Counted from the stretch's first letter, positions 1-10,836 are shown. The stretch: 64,000 nt of DNA from an uncultured Candidatus Saccharibacteria bacterium (GCA_964593805.1 CAZQHP010000001.1:645283-709282); one strand, 5' to 3'. Notes: a model not told the origin generated them from the letters alone. A program made the numbers and translations.

Positions 1-3000
1 CAAATAGCGAATTTGCCATGGCGTTAGCGCCAGACGAAATAGACTATCTGTACAAAGAATACACAGCGCTGAAGCGCAACCCGACCGACGCCGAACTGAT
101 GATGTTTGCTTCAATAAACAGCGAACATTGCCGCCATAAAGTATTTAACGCCAGCTGGACGGTGGATGGCAAAAGCCGTCCCAAGTCATTGTTTGGCATG
201 ATTAAAAACACCTATGAAAAAGCCAGCCAGGATGTATTGTCAGCCTATTCAGACAATGCAGCCGTGCTAGCCGGAGCCGAAACAGACCGCTTTTTTGCCG
301 AAAGCGCCGGCGGCGACTACGGCTTCAAAAAAGAGCCGGTAGACATTGTTATCAAAGTTGAAACGCACAACCACCCCACAGCCATAGCGCCGTTTCCCGG
401 TGCGGCCACTGGTTCGGGCGGGGAAATACGCGACGAAGGCGCCACCGGTCGCGGCGGCAAACCAAAAATGGGCTTGAGCGGTTTTAGCGTTTCCAACCTA
501 CAAATCCCGGGCCTGCTACAGCCGTGGGAGAAAAACTACGGCAAACCAGAGCGGATTGTTTCGCCGCTGGAAATCATGATCGAAGCGCCGGTGGGTGCGG
601 CTTCGTTTAATAACGAATTTGGACGGCCAAACTTAGGCGGTTATTTCCGCACCTTTGAAGCCGAGGTAAATGGCGAAGTCCGCGGCTACCACAAACCAAT
701 CATGGTTGCCGGCGGGCTGGGGAATATCCGCCGCCAGCATATAGAAAAACACGCACTGCCGGTAGGCGCGCACTTAATTGTACTGGGCGGACCGGCCATG
801 CTAATTGGCCTGGGCGGCAACACCTCCGCCAGCATGCAAGCCGGGCAGTCAGGCGCCGAACTGGACTTTGCTAGCGTGCAGCGGGCCAATGCCGAAATGC
901 AGCGGCGGGTACAGGAAGTAATAGACCGTTGCTGGGCCATGGACGCAGACAACCCCATCATAAGCATCCACGATGTTGGCGCCGGCGGGCTGTCAAACGC
1001 TTTACCGGAGCTAATCCACGACAGCGGCCGCGGCGGAGAAATTGAACTGCGCCTCGTCCCAAATGCCGAACCCGGCATGTCGCCGCGGGAAATCTGGTGC
1101 AACGAAGCCCAGGAACGCTATGTGCTGGGCATTGACCCCAAAGACCTTGAGGCTTTTAAGGCCATCTGCCAGCGCGAACACTGTCTGTTTGCGGTGGTGG
1201 GCAAAACGACCAAAAAACAACAACTGCTGGTAACCGACCGAGAGCTGGGCGAACCAGCCATTGACCTGCCCATGAGCGTGCTGTTTGGCAAACCACCCAA
1301 AATGGAACGTTCGTTCGAACACCAAAGCATCGCAACTGCAGCCCTCAAAACAGCCGGCATAAAGCTGGACGAAGCCGTCAAGCGCGTGCTCCAGATGCCC
1401 AGCGTGGGCAGCAAGCAGTTTCTGATTACCATTGGCGACCGCAATGTTGGCGGTCTGATTGCTCGAGACCAAATGGTGGGGCCCTGGCAGGTTCCAGTCA
1501 GCGATGTAGCCGTGTCTGCCAGCGGTTTCCATGGCTACAGCGGCGAAGCCATGGCCATGGGCGAACGTACGCCGCTGGCCGTTGTAAATAGTCCAGCCTC
1601 GGCGCGCATGGCGGTGGGCGAAGCCCTGACAAACATTGCGGCCGCGCCAATTGGCAAGCTGTCCGACGTAAAGCTTTCCGCCAACTGGATGGTGGCAATC
1701 GGCACGGGCCACGAAGACCAAGCCTTATACGATGCCGTTCAGGCGCTTGGCGAAGATTTTTGCCCCAGCCTTGGTCTCACCATCCCAGTGGGCAAAGATT
1801 CGCTCAGCATGCGCACCACTTGGGAAGAAAATGGCAAAGACAAAAGCGTCACCGCGCCCATGTCGGTCATCATTAGTTCTTTCGCGCCCGTGACAGACCT
1901 CCGCCGCACCCTGACACCGCAGCTGCAACTGGGCGACACTTCGCTATTGCTGATTGACCTAGGGCAGGGCAAAAACCGTTTGGCTGGTTCGGCGCTCGCT
2001 CAAGCCTATTCTCAAATGGGCGAAGAAACGCCCGACGCCGACGGCGACATGCTCAAAGCGTTTTTCAGCACCGTCCAAAAGCTTAATGCCAGCGGAAAAT
2101 TACTGGCATACCACGACCGTTCCGACGGCGGCCTGTTCGCCGCCTTGGCAGAAATGGCTTTTGCGGCTCGTTGCGGGCTGGATATAGAAATCCCAGAGCG
2201 CGCGGACCCGCTGGCAGAACTTTTCAACGAAGAATTAGGAGCAGTTATACAAATAAATACTTCAGATACTGAAGCAATTTTAACGTCGCTGAATGCCGCT
2301 ATGCCGGACAGCTCGCGTTTAATCGGCAAACCAACCCGTGATGAAAAAATTACCATTAGTCATGCGGGCAGATCGGTGTACCAAAATACTAGGGCGCAGC
2401 TGCAATCGTGGTGGAGCGAAACCAGCTATCGCATCCAGGCCCTGCGCGACAACCCGGCTTGCGCCGAGCAAGAATACAAAAACATTGGGCTTAAAGACCC
2501 CGGCATTACACCCAAAGTATCTTTCGACTACCCAGCAAACCCCAAGAAATACACTGCGAGGCCCAAAGTCGCAGTCTTCCGCGTCCAGGGCGTAAACGGC
2601 CACGTAGAAATGGCGGCGGCTTTTGACCAAGCTGGGTTCACTAGCGTGGACGTGACGCTTACCGACATCGCCAGCGGCGCGGTAAGCCTCAAGGACTTTG
2701 CCGGCCTAGTGGCCTGCGGCGGCTTTTCTTACGGCGACGTGCTGGGAGCGGGCGAAGGCTGGGCCAAATCCATCCTGTTTACTCCCGAACTGCGCGAGCA
2801 GTTCAAGCAGTTTTTCAAGCGAACAGACACCTTCAGCCTTGGCGTTTGCAACGGCTGCCAGATGCTCTCCGCGCTAAAAGAGCTCATCCCCGGAGCGGAG
2901 CAGTGGCCACGCTTTTTGCGCAACGAATCAGAACAGTTCGAAGCCCGCCTGGCGCAAGTGAAAATCCAAGCCAGCCCCTCAATCTTTTTCAAAGGCATGG

Positions 3001-3323
3001 AGGGGTCAATTTTGCCCGTTCCGGTAGCCCACGGCGAGGGCAGGGCAGAACAAACTGTGCCAGCCAATTTAGTGGCCGGCACATTTGTAGACAACGCCGG
3101 CAAAACCACCCAAACCTACCCATTCAACCCCAACGGCTCGCCGGGCGGCATTACAGCGCTAACCACCCCAGACGGCCGAGCCACAATCATGATGCCGCAC
3201 CCAGAGCGAGCCTTTCTAACCCAGCAACTGTCCTGGCATCCCGCCGACTGGCAAAAAGAATCCCCCTGGTTTCAAATGTTCCTAAACGCCCGCGAATGGG
3301 CAAGTGATAAATCCCAGCCTTAA
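1..3323 (+). CDS. purL: phosphoribosylformylglycinamidine (FGAM) synthase, single-chain large PurL; 5' end cut by window
   Basis: The frame of ORF 18..3323 stays open to nt 1. It has the [10 protein letters not shown] linker motif, duplicated AIR-synthase-like domains and a C-terminal glutamine amidotransferase ([14 protein letters not shown]). Confidence 0.93.
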   Translation, partial: NSEFAMALAPDEIDYLYKEYTALKRNPTDAELMMFASINSEHCRHKVFNASWTVDGKSRPKSLFGMIKNTYEKASQDVLSAYSDNAAVLAGAETDRFFAESAGGDYGFKKEPVDIVIKVETHNHPTAIAPFPGAATGSGGEIRDEGATGRGGKPKMGLSGFSVSNLQIPGLLQPWEKNYGKPERIVSPLEIMIEAPVGAASFNNEFGRPNLGGYFRTFEAEVNGEVRGYHKPIMVAGGLGNIRRQHIEKHALPVGAHLIVLGGPAMLIGLGGNTSASMQAGQSGAELDFASVQRANAEMQRRVQEVIDRCWAMDADNPIISIHDVGAGGLSNALPELIHDSGRGGEIELRLVPNAEPGMSPREIWCNEAQERYVLGIDPKDLEAFKAICQREHCLFAVVGKTTKKQQLLVTDRELGEPAIDLPMSVLFGKPPKMERSFEHQSIATAALKTAGIKLDEAVKRVLQMPSVGSKQFLITIGDRNVGGLIARDQMVGPWQVPVSDVAVSASGFHGYSGEAMAMGERTPLAVVNSPASARMAVGEALTNIAAAPIGKLSDVKLSANWMVAIGTGHEDQALYDAVQALGEDFCPSLGLTIPVGKDSLSMRTTWEENGKDKSVTAPMSVIISSFAPVTDLRRTLTPQLQLGDTSLLLIDLGQGKNRLAGSALAQAYSQMGEETPDADGDMLKAFFSTVQKLNASGKLLAYHDRSDGGLFAALAEMAFAARCGLDIEIPERADPLAELFNEELGAVIQINTSDTEAILTSLNAAMPDSSRLIGKPTRDEKITISHAGRSVYQNTRAQLQSWWSETSYRIQALRDNPACAEQEYKNIGLKDPGITPKVSFDYPANPKKYTARPKVAVFRVQGVNGHVEMAAAFDQAGFTSVDVTLTDIASGAVSLKDFAGLVACGGFSYGDVLGAGEGWAKSILFTPELREQFKQFFKRTDTFSLGVCNGCQMLSALKELIPGAEQWPRFLRNESEQFEARLAQVKIQASPSIFFKGMEGSILPVPVAHGEGRAEQTVPANLVAGTFVDNAGKTTQTYPFNPNGSPGGITALTTPDGRATIMMPHPERAFLTQQLSWHPADWQKESPWFQMFLNAREWASDKSQP

Positions 3324-3338
3324 GCGCGGCAGGTTAAA

Positions 3339-3590
3339 CTATTTTTCCTGATTACCCTGAAGTGGTCTATTTAGTTTGGCCAGTGCTGATGCCAGTAGGG
3401 CGGCTTGTGCGTCGCGTCCCTCTAAAAAAGACACTAACTGACCCATTTTGGCGTCTCTGCGAGCAAAACCAATGGGGATGCCAATTGACCCGAATAGATC
3501 GGCTAAAGGGTCAGCCATGTCGGTAGATTCTTTGGGACTGGCTGGCCGTTCAAACTGAGATTTGGGCTCTATCATCAGGCTATTATACAA
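3339..3590 (-). CDS. hypothetical small protein (83 aa)
   Basis: ORF only; no recognisable motif. Confidence 0.4.
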   Translation of the reverse strand: MYNSLMIEPKSQFERPASPKESTDMADPLADLFGSIGIPIGFARRDAKMGQLVSFLEGRDAQAALLASALAKLNRPLQGNQEK

Positions 3591-3743
3591 TGTTCCAGCT
3601 TGTCGGACGATTATTGATTGATTTCTGGTGTTTTCATCTCTGTTATGGTAGTATTTGGCGGCAAAACGGTCTCATACGTTGTATAAGACCCATCGCTCGC
3701 CAGATGAATCTGTGCCAGCACAGATTGCACCTTTTTCGCTCAA

Positions 3744-3818
3744 GGTCTTATCGTCTAACGGTTAGGACACTAGGTTCTCATCCTAGAAATCCGGGTTCGA
3801 TTCCCGGTGAGATCACCA
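3744..3818 (+). tRNA. tRNA-Glu (anticodon CUC), CCA encoded
   Basis: Hand-folded 75-nt cloverleaf. Acceptor GGTCTTA/TGAGATC; D arm GTCT..GGAC; anticodon stem CTAGG/CCTAG with loop TTCTCAT; T arm CCGGG-TTCGATT-CCCGG; discriminator A plus CCA. Confidence 0.9.
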
Positions 3819-3827
3819 AAGAAAGTG

Positions 3828-3854
3828 CCCAAGCAAGTCTTGGGTGTTTTCTTT
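3828..3854 (+). terminator. intrinsic terminator after tRNA-Glu
   Basis: CCCAAG-caagt-CTTGGG followed by TGTTTTCTTT. Confidence 0.6.
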
Positions 3855-3968
3855 GGCGATTGCCAGAGAAGCGAAACCGAGGAGCGCAAAGCGCGGGTTC
3901 GAAGACAAACCCCACGCACAGAAACTTGCTTCGAGCATGGGGTGCAGGCGCATTGAGCATTGCTCAAT

Positions 3969-3989
3969 ATTCCCGGTGAGATCACCAAA
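3969..3989 (+). repeat. 21-nt direct repeat of the tRNA-Glu 3' end (att-like)
   Basis: ATTCCCGGTGAGATCACCAAA at 3800-3820 recurs exactly at 3969-3989. The second copy has no 5' tRNA half. Confidence 0.75.
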
Positions 3990-4096
3990 AAGCTTTCGCC
4001 TGCAATTCTAGCGGGCTTTTTCTTTGTCTTACAGATAGATTTTGGCGTATACTAAGCCTAAACGTAAGCATTTCAGAAGGTGGGGCTGACCGGTAG

Positions 4097-5821
4097 ATGC
4101 AATTTGTAAGCGATAAATGGTACGACTGGTATAGCCGGGCGATGTTGGCGCTTTCAGGCGCGCTCTTTACGGCCAGCGCGCTGCGCCTGTCCGTTTTCCA
4201 ATCCCAATCAGCTTTGGATGGCTGGAGCTTATCATACGTCACCATGGTTTTGGCGGCGGTGAATTTAGTATATTCATTTTTTATACACCGGCTTGTCCGG
4301 CAGAGAAGCGGCGCCTTTGCAGCCACGCTTACCGGCAGTCTTATATTCGTAGCCAACATTGTTAATTTGCTACAAACCACCGGCCAACTGCATTCTTGGT
4401 ATGAAATACTTTGGGCGTTTATAGTGTTTTTTGCTGGTATTTTTGGCCCCTATTCTATATTGGCATTTTGCTTTTTGTCATTACTCTACCTAGTGGTGCT
4501 AATCACCAACGTGCCTGGCCAAATAATAATTGATCCGTTTAACGTAATAGTCACGGGGCTGATTTTTACCGTAGGCGCTCTGAGCTATTTTTTTTGGCGG
4601 GGAAAATATATAGACACGGAAAGTCAAAAAATCGCCCAGTTATCGGGCCAGCTAAAAAGCAGCAAACTGCAAACCGAAACCCTTTTTAACTCACTTGCCG
4701 ATGGAGTTATTCTAATCGGGACGGATGGCAAAATTAACCTCTTAAACCCGGCAGCCGCCAAAATGACAGACTGGCCAGAAGACGAAGCGATAGGCATTAG
4801 CGTGACAACCGTGGTCAATTTGAAGTCCGAAAACGGTAAAAATTTACCTGGCGAAGCCAATCCGCTGGCTCAAGTTTTAACCAAGAAAACACCGGCCGTT
4901 CAGGAGCTTCAGCTTATTGGCCGCAACGACAAAGCCATGATTATCTCAATCGTTGTTTCCCCTGTAATTTTGCCCAAATCGCAAGAAATCGCCGGCGCGG
5001 TTGCCGTTATGCGCGACATCACTGCCAGCCGAGCGGAAGAGCATCGCCGAGCCGACTTCATAAGCACTGCCAGCCACGAAATGCGCACGCCAGTGGCGGC
5101 GATTGAAGGCTACTTAGCCCTGGCCCTAAATGAAAAAGTCTCCAAAATTGACACTAAAGCCCGCGACTTTTTAACCAAAGCCCACGAAAGCACCCAGCAC
5201 CTCGGCAAACTGTTCCAAGACCTGCTAACTAGCGCCAAAGCAGAGGATGGCCGACTGGTGAGCCACCCCGTTGTTACAGAAATGGGAGCTTATTTGGAGC
5301 AAATCGTGGGAGGCCTTCGTTTCGCCGCCGCAAAAAAGAGCTTGCTGATGGATTTTACAATCGGCGCTGCTGCAGACGCAGCACCCAGCGTTACCGGCGG
5401 CGGGGTCATAAAACCGCTGTATTACGCCAACATAGACCCAGACCGCATGCGAGAGGTCATAACCAATCTGTTTGACAACGCAGTCAAATACACCGAAACT
5501 GGGAAAATTTCCGTGGGCCTCACCGGCAACAACGACGTTATGCAGATTTTCATTCGCGACACCGGGCATGGCATACCACCAGAAGACATTCCGCACTTAT
5601 TCCAAAAATTCTACCGGGTGGATAACTCCAGCACCCGGACCATAGGCGGTACCGGCTTGGGGCTTTTCATAAGCCGTAAAATCGTAGAACTGTATAACGG
5701 CCGTATCTGGGTGGAAAGTGCGCTCAACAAAGGCAGTACTTTCTACATAAACTTGCCACGGCTAAGCGCCCAAAAGGCCGTGGAATTGCAAACCAAACAA
5801 AATCAAGCGGGAGACCTGTAG
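4097..5821 (+). CDS. membrane sensor histidine kinase (multi-TM, PAS-like, HisKA, HATPase_c)
   Basis: Hydrophobic N-terminal third; H-box SHEMRTP; N box DNAVKYT; G boxes DTGHGIP and GGTGLGL. Confidence 0.85.
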   Translation: MQFVSDKWYDWYSRAMLALSGALFTASALRLSVFQSQSALDGWSLSYVTMVLAAVNLVYSFFIHRLVRQRSGAFAATLTGSLIFVANIVNLLQTTGQLHSWYEILWAFIVFFAGIFGPYSILAFCFLSLLYLVVLITNVPGQIIIDPFNVIVTGLIFTVGALSYFFWRGKYIDTESQKIAQLSGQLKSSKLQTETLFNSLADGVILIGTDGKINLLNPAAAKMTDWPEDEAIGISVTTVVNLKSENGKNLPGEANPLAQVLTKKTPAVQELQLIGRNDKAMIISIVVSPVILPKSQEIAGAVAVMRDITASRAEEHRRADFISTASHEMRTPVAAIEGYLALALNEKVSKIDTKARDFLTKAHESTQHLGKLFQDLLTSAKAEDGRLVSHPVVTEMGAYLEQIVGGLRFAAAKKSLLMDFTIGAAADAAPSVTGGGVIKPLYYANIDPDRMREVITNLFDNAVKYTETGKISVGLTGNNDVMQIFIRDTGHGIPPEDIPHLFQKFYRVDNSSTRTIGGTGLGLFISRKIVELYNGRIWVESALNKGSTFYINLPRLSAQKAVELQTKQNQAGDL

Positions 5822-5902
5822 CGGGCGGAGTGTTTACCAGGCAAAATTATGGTACACTAGCGATTAGTAAAAGCATTAGAATTTAGCAGCAGAGGGCAAT
5901 AG

Positions 5903-7072
5903 ATGACAAAAATCATGCTCGTCGAAGACGACAACAACTTGCGAGAAATTTACGAAGCCAGGTTACTGGCAGAAGGCTATGAAATTGTCAGTGCCAAAGA
6001 CGGCGAAGAAGCACTGGCTATGGCTGTCAAAGAAAAGCCGGATTTGATTATTGCAGACGTTATGATGCCCAAAATCAGCGGCTTTGACATGCTGGACATC
6101 TTGCGCAGTACTCCAGAGACCAAAAGCACCAAAGTCATCATGATGACGGCTCTGTCTCAAGCCGAAGACAAGACCAGAGCCGACAAATTGGGAGCTGACC
6201 GCTACTTGGTAAAATCTCAAGTTACCCTGGAAGACGTCGCAAAAGTTGCCCGCGAAGTATTGGGCGGAGAAGAAAGTGCCGATTCCAACGGAGCTTCAAG
6301 CACGCCAACCCCAGGTCCTACGAAAGACGATGTTTCAACCAAACCCGTTTCCGCAACAGCATCAGCCCCCGCGCCTGACCCTTCGTCATCAACCCAAATT
6401 GACCCTGCCTTGGCAGCAACTTTGCAAGAAGAAGAGGCGACTATAGACTCCCAGATTAATGAATTTGCCAGCCAAGGTTCCGCGTCTGCAGGACCATCCG
6501 ACCCAACTGTAGTTAGTGCGGTGTCCGATGACGAAAGCGGCGCGTTGGACGAACCGGCCGCTTCTGACACCAGCTTGGCCACAGCCCCGCCAGCAGTGCA
6601 GATTAGCGTAAAGGATGCACCTGGATCCAGTAGCGACGAAGCTTCAGCAAAGGAGGAATCCAGCGACGACGAAGCTGGCGCCAAAGAAGACAAATTAGCC
6701 GATGCGGTCAATGGCATAGTCAAAAGCACAGAACCAGCGCCCGAAGAAGCCAAAGCGGACGAGTCTGGCAGCGGCGACAACGTTCCCATTGCCCACAAAA
6801 AGGTAATTGAGCCCATAAATGACATGTCTCAAAAAAGCCCAGATTTAAATGAGCTTGCGGCCAAAGAAGACCAGAAAGAAGCCGTTTCCCCAGTTGTCCA
6901 AGCCGATACAACACTTCCAGCCGAAGCCGTCATCCAGCCAGGCGGAGCCACCACCACGCCTAAGAGCGAGGATGAAGGGCCCAAACTCCACAAACCCGGC
7001 AATGTCATTATCCCTGGCGGCGGTACAGTCAGTGATGCTGGCAGTGAACAGCCCTCTGACATCGCCCTCTAA
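5903..7072 (+). CDS. response regulator receiver domain with ~260-aa acidic S/P/A-rich tail and no recognisable output domain
   Basis: The N-terminal ~120 aa are CheY-like (VEDD, DLIIADVMMP, MMTA, KS). The remainder is low complexity. Confidence 0.85.
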   Translation: MTKIMLVEDDNNLREIYEARLLAEGYEIVSAKDGEEALAMAVKEKPDLIIADVMMPKISGFDMLDILRSTPETKSTKVIMMTALSQAEDKTRADKLGADRYLVKSQVTLEDVAKVAREVLGGEESADSNGASSTPTPGPTKDDVSTKPVSATASAPAPDPSSSTQIDPALAATLQEEEATIDSQINEFASQGSASAGPSDPTVVSAVSDDESGALDEPAASDTSLATAPPAVQISVKDAPGSSSDEASAKEESSDDEAGAKEDKLADAVNGIVKSTEPAPEEAKADESGSGDNVPIAHKKVIEPINDMSQKSPDLNELAAKEDQKEAVSPVVQADTTLPAEAVIQPGGATTTPKSEDEGPKLHKPGNVIIPGGGTVSDAGSEQPSDIAL

Positions 7073-7113
7073 AAGTACAGCGTACTGAGTCCAGAGTACT
7101 TAGCCGCAGCTCT

Positions 7114-7141
7114 GTACTTCGTACTCTGTACTCTGTACTCT
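7114..7141 (+). repeat. heptamer tandem repeat GTACTYT x4
   Basis: gtacttc gtactct gtactct gtactct, ending 6 nt before the rluB ATG. Confidence 0.8.
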
Positions 7142-7147
7142 ATCTTT

Positions 7148-7813
7148 ATGCGTTTGAATAAATACATCGCGGTGGCAACGGGCCTGAGCCGCCGGGCCGC
7201 CGATGCAGCTATTGAAGATGGCCGCGTTCTGGTAAATGACATACCCCCTTCAGTCGGGCAACAGATAAAACCTAATGACACCGTCAAACTTGATAATTCC
7301 AAGCTCACGACTCACAACTCACGACTCACGACTATTTTGCTCAACAAACCCGTTGGTTATGTCTGCTCAAGGGATGGGCAGGGCAACAAAACCATCTACG
7401 ATCTTCTGCCGCCGGAACTGCACGGCCTAAAGCCGGTAGGACGCCTAGACAAAAACTCTTCCGGTTTGCTGCTGCTCACCAGCGACGGCCAGCTGGCCTA
7501 TGAACTCACTCATCCCAAGTTCCAAAAAACCAAAATATACAAAATTGCCCTAAACAGTCCGCTTCAGCCATTGCACCGGCAAATGATTAGCGACCATGGC
7601 TTAGTGCTGGATGACGGTCCTAGCAAACTCCAGCTGGAACGAATAAATGACACTGACGATACTAACTGGAAAGTCGTGATGTCCGAGGGTCGCAACCGCC
7701 AAATCCGCCGCACGTTTGAAGTCCTAGGCTATAACGTGGTCAAACTCCACCGCACCCATTTTGGAAATTATAAATTGGATAATTTGGGACAAGGGAAATA
7801 TAGAAATGAATAA
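7148..7813 (+). CDS. rluB: RsuA/RluB-family pseudouridine synthase (S4 domain plus catalytic domain)
   Basis: S4-like N-terminus; catalytic Asp motif GRLDKNSSGLLLLTSDG; GRNRQIRR. Confidence 0.85.
   Translation: MRLNKYIAVATGLSRRAADAAIEDGRVLVNDIPPSVGQQIKPNDTVKLDNSKLTTHNSRLTTILLNKPVGYVCSRDGQGNKTIYDLLPPELHGLKPVGRLDKNSSGLLLLTSDGQLAYELTHPKFQKTKIYKIALNSPLQPLHRQMISDHGLVLDDGPSKLQLERINDTDDTNWKVVMSEGRNRQIRRTFEVLGYNVVKLHRTHFGNYKLDNLGQGKYRNE
7304..7331 (+). repeat. heptamer tandem repeat CTCACRA x4 inside the rluB linker
   Basis: ctcacga ctcacaa ctcacga ctcacga (28 nt) encodes LTTHNSRLTT. Confidence 0.8.
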
Positions 7814-8567
7814 ACCGCAGCTAGTTGGGATACTCAATATTACGCCGGATAGTTTTAGTGACGGCGGGGACTTCGCTTCTCCTGAAGCGGCACTGGCTCA
7901 GGCCGAGAAATTGTTTGCGGATGGCGCGTCAATCGTGGACGTGGGCGGGGAATCCACCAATCCGCGCTCCAGACCAATCACGCCGGATGAAGAATGGCAG
8001 CGAATCAAAGACGTTCTAGAAGTTTTAATCAAAAAATATCCCGGCAAAATCTCATTGGATAGCCATCACCCGGAAACACTTCGCAAAGCCGCGGAGCTTG
8101 GGCCATTTATTATCAACGACGTGACAGGCTTCAACAACCCCGAAATGGTTAAAGTAGCGACTGAACTGCAACTACCGGTGATTGTCAGTCATTTGCCAGC
8201 AAAGTTTGGCACAGACATCGCCGCCGCCCACGCCAGTACCGAGCCGATAGCACGAATTGAAGATGTCAAAGCCGAGTTGCTGGACAGGGAAGCCGCCCTG
8301 ATTGCCGCCGGTGTGAAACCAGAAAACATCATCCTAGACCCCGGCATTGGCTTCGGTAAATCCATGGAACTAAACGCCAAGCTAGTAGAATTTGCCCGCG
8401 AACTACCTGGCAAGCCCGTCATGATAGGCCACTCGCGCAAGCGTTTCCTGGGAGATAACCGGATGGAACCAGCTCCAAACCTGGGAGCAGGCAAACGAGC
8501 CATAACCGCCGGCGCCACCTATCTCCGCGTCCACGAAGTAAAAATTTATGACAATCCAGCGAGCTAA
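7806..8567 (+). CDS. folP: dihydropteroate synthase
   Basis: GILNITPDSFSDGG, DVGGESTNP and GFGK motifs. I chose ATG 7806, which overlaps the rluB stop by 8 nt, rather than the track start 7761. Confidence 0.85.
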   Translation: MNKPQLVGILNITPDSFSDGGDFASPEAALAQAEKLFADGASIVDVGGESTNPRSRPITPDEEWQRIKDVLEVLIKKYPGKISLDSHHPETLRKAAELGPFIINDVTGFNNPEMVKVATELQLPVIVSHLPAKFGTDIAAAHASTEPIARIEDVKAELLDREAALIAAGVKPENIILDPGIGFGKSMELNAKLVEFARELPGKPVMIGHSRKRFLGDNRMEPAPNLGAGKRAITAGATYLRVHEVKIYDNPAS

Positions 8568-8608
8568 AGTATTGTTATTTGCAAAGATTTATGACATAAT
8601 CTACCTCT

Positions 8609-8908
8609 ATGTCTTACGAATTTTACCAAGGCTATGATCATACAATACCTACTGATGTAGATCAGCGGATTGCCAACGCTTGTGATCTGAAGTTACTTGG
8701 CGGGAAAGTAATTCTTGGAGTAGCCGTAAGTACCGCGGCAAAAGAAAGTGCACATGCCTCGTTGCAGTCTGAAATTAACATGAAGCAAAAGGGAAAATTT
8801 GAGGGAAACTTTTTGATCGGCCCATACGTGCTTTTCGGTACTGGACAAGACGAACCGTTTGCCCCATATGGATTAGCAGTTTGGGAACTTCCCGAGCATC
8901 AAGCATAA
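8609..8908 (+). CDS. hypothetical protein (99 aa)
   Basis: ORF only; AT-richer than its flanks by eye. Confidence 0.45.
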   Translation: MSYEFYQGYDHTIPTDVDQRIANACDLKLLGGKVILGVAVSTAAKESAHASLQSEINMKQKGKFEGNFLIGPYVLFGTGQDEPFAPYGLAVWELPEHQA

Positions 8909-8921
8909 TAATCAGTAAGAT

Positions 8922-10265
8922 ATGAAGAAATTACCAATTGTAGCTATTGTGGGGCGGGCCAACGTGGGGAAATCCAGTCTGTTCAACGCGGTTTTGGATA
9001 GGCGTGAAGCCATTGTGGCCAGGGAAGCCGGAACCACGCGCGACAGCATTATGGCCAAGGCTGATTATCGCGGGCAGAACTTTTGGATAGTTGATACTGC
9101 CGGTATAAAAGACGCCGAAGACGACTTTGAATTTACCATCCAAGAACAGATCCAGCAGGCCGCCGACAGCGCCGACGTGATTTGGGTGGTTATCGAAGCA
9201 GACGTAGCAATCACAGAAGAAGACCGCCGCGTAGCCAAAATGGCACTCAAGTCTAAAAAACCCGTGTTTTTGGTGGTCAACAAAGTAGACAAAGCACCTA
9301 AAGCAATAGAGACGGACTATGACCGCTTAGGCATAAAGCCAATCATGCTGACCAGCAGCACTCAGACTAGGGGCATAGAAGAACTTTTGGACGAACTAGT
9401 CATACAAATACCTCGAGCAACTCTTACTGAAGACACAGACACCATACACGTCGCACTACTGGGGCGGCCAAACGTAGGCAAATCGGCTCTGTTTAACAGT
9501 CTAGCCAAAAAACAGCAAGCCGTGGTGTCTGATAGGGCAGGTACTACGCGGGACATAAACCGCGCCACCGTAAGATACGAGAGCAAGACTATTGAACTAA
9601 TGGATACGGCCGGGATTCGCCGCAGTGGCAAAATAGAAAAGGGGATTGAACGCTTTAGCGTCATCCGTACTCTTGCAGCCATAGAGCAAGCAGACATCTG
9701 CCTAATGCTCATGGACGCCAACGAGCTAAACGTATCTTTGGATCAAAAAATAGCCGGTATGGTCAAAGAGTCCGGCAAGGGCCTAGTGCTGGTAGTTAGC
9801 AAATGGGATAGCTTAGAAAAAGACGCCTTCACGCGGGACACCATAGCCCCGCAGATAAAGCACAATTATGACTTTGTGCCGTGGGCGCCGCTCATCCTAA
9901 CCAGCAGCATCACTGGCCAAAACGTAACTAAGCTGTTTGATTTGATTTTAGAAATCGCCAAAGCCCGCGAAACACTGGTCAAAACGACTGAACTCAACCG
10001 CTGGCTCAGAGAAATTGCAGACAAACACCCGCCAGCCGGGCTAAAAAACCGCACCCCAAAACTCAACTACATGGTGCAGGAAAAAGACAACCCCACTAAC
10101 TTCAAAGTTTACGGCGCCAGCACCAAGTTCCTGCACTGGAGCTACAAACGCTACATGGACCGCACGCTGCGTGAAAAATTCGGCTTCGAGGGCACGCCAG
10201 TAAAATTCTGGTTCTTTGAAAAGCACGAAACCCACAAACACGGTACCAAACCAGAAAAAGATTAG
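8922..10265 (+). CDS. der: ribosome-associated GTPase Der/EngA
   Basis: Two tandem G domains (GRANVGKSS and GRPNVGKSA, DTAG twice, NKVD and SKWD) plus a KH-like C-terminus. Confidence 0.93.
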   Translation: MKKLPIVAIVGRANVGKSSLFNAVLDRREAIVAREAGTTRDSIMAKADYRGQNFWIVDTAGIKDAEDDFEFTIQEQIQQAADSADVIWVVIEADVAITEEDRRVAKMALKSKKPVFLVVNKVDKAPKAIETDYDRLGIKPIMLTSSTQTRGIEELLDELVIQIPRATLTEDTDTIHVALLGRPNVGKSALFNSLAKKQQAVVSDRAGTTRDINRATVRYESKTIELMDTAGIRRSGKIEKGIERFSVIRTLAAIEQADICLMLMDANELNVSLDQKIAGMVKESGKGLVLVVSKWDSLEKDAFTRDTIAPQIKHNYDFVPWAPLILTSSITGQNVTKLFDLILEIAKARETLVKTTELNRWLREIADKHPPAGLKNRTPKLNYMVQEKDNPTNFKVYGASTKFLHWSYKRYMDRTLREKFGFEGTPVKFWFFEKHETHKHGTKPEKD

Positions 10266-10792
10266 ACCTTGGGGCGGTCGTGAGTAAATTCGAGCGACTG
10301 CCGGTTTCTACTTAAACTGTCGAAGCGATGGATCATGGGCAAAGCGTGATACGCACCATTGAAGACGAGCAAATCATTTTCTTCTACGTCTACCTGTAGT
10401 GAATTACGCATAAGTCCTCGTACAAAATGTCTGCCTTCTATGCGATAGGGTAGGGCACGTTTATTGCCATCAATCACGGCACCCATGAATCGAGCGCGAC
10501 ACCTACCTTTGACGGTCAGATGTAGTTGCACGTACTGAGGATCTGTATGCCATACACCTTTTCTAAAACTAAACGGTATAGGCGAAAGCGGGTTACGGAT
10601 AGCTAGTTCGCCTATCTTTCCGCTACGCATAGTATCTAATTCAACTCCGTGGGCAAGCAAAATCTCATCATCCTCAGGGTACCTTATGTCTTCTTGAGCG
10701 ACAGGCGTAAGTCTCGGGGTAATCAAGGTAAGATTCTCTGCATTAATTTCTGGTGCGACACTCATGCAGTTGATTGTACCAAACACATTCAC
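10262..10792 (-). CDS. hypothetical protein (176 aa; alternative start at 10765)
   Basis: ORF antisense to its neighbours. A weak WHTD...H pattern is not enough to assign a family. Confidence 0.45.
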   Translation of the reverse strand: MNVFGTINCMSVAPEINAENLTLITPRLTPVAQEDIRYPEDDEILLAHGVELDTMRSGKIGELAIRNPLSPIPFSFRKGVWHTDPQYVQLHLTVKGRCRARFMGAVIDGNKRALPYRIEGRHFVRGLMRNSLQVDVEENDLLVFNGAYHALPMIHRFDSLSRNRQSLEFTHDRPKV

Positions 10793-10836
10793 ATTTCACT
10801 TTTCTCATTTTGCCATTCTGGGGCATAATATGCCCT

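Noticed and set aside
3590-3979. 129-aa + ORF spanning the tRNA-Glu locus.
   Set aside because: It reads straight through a well-folded tRNA, its terminator and the att-like repeat, so it is not coding.
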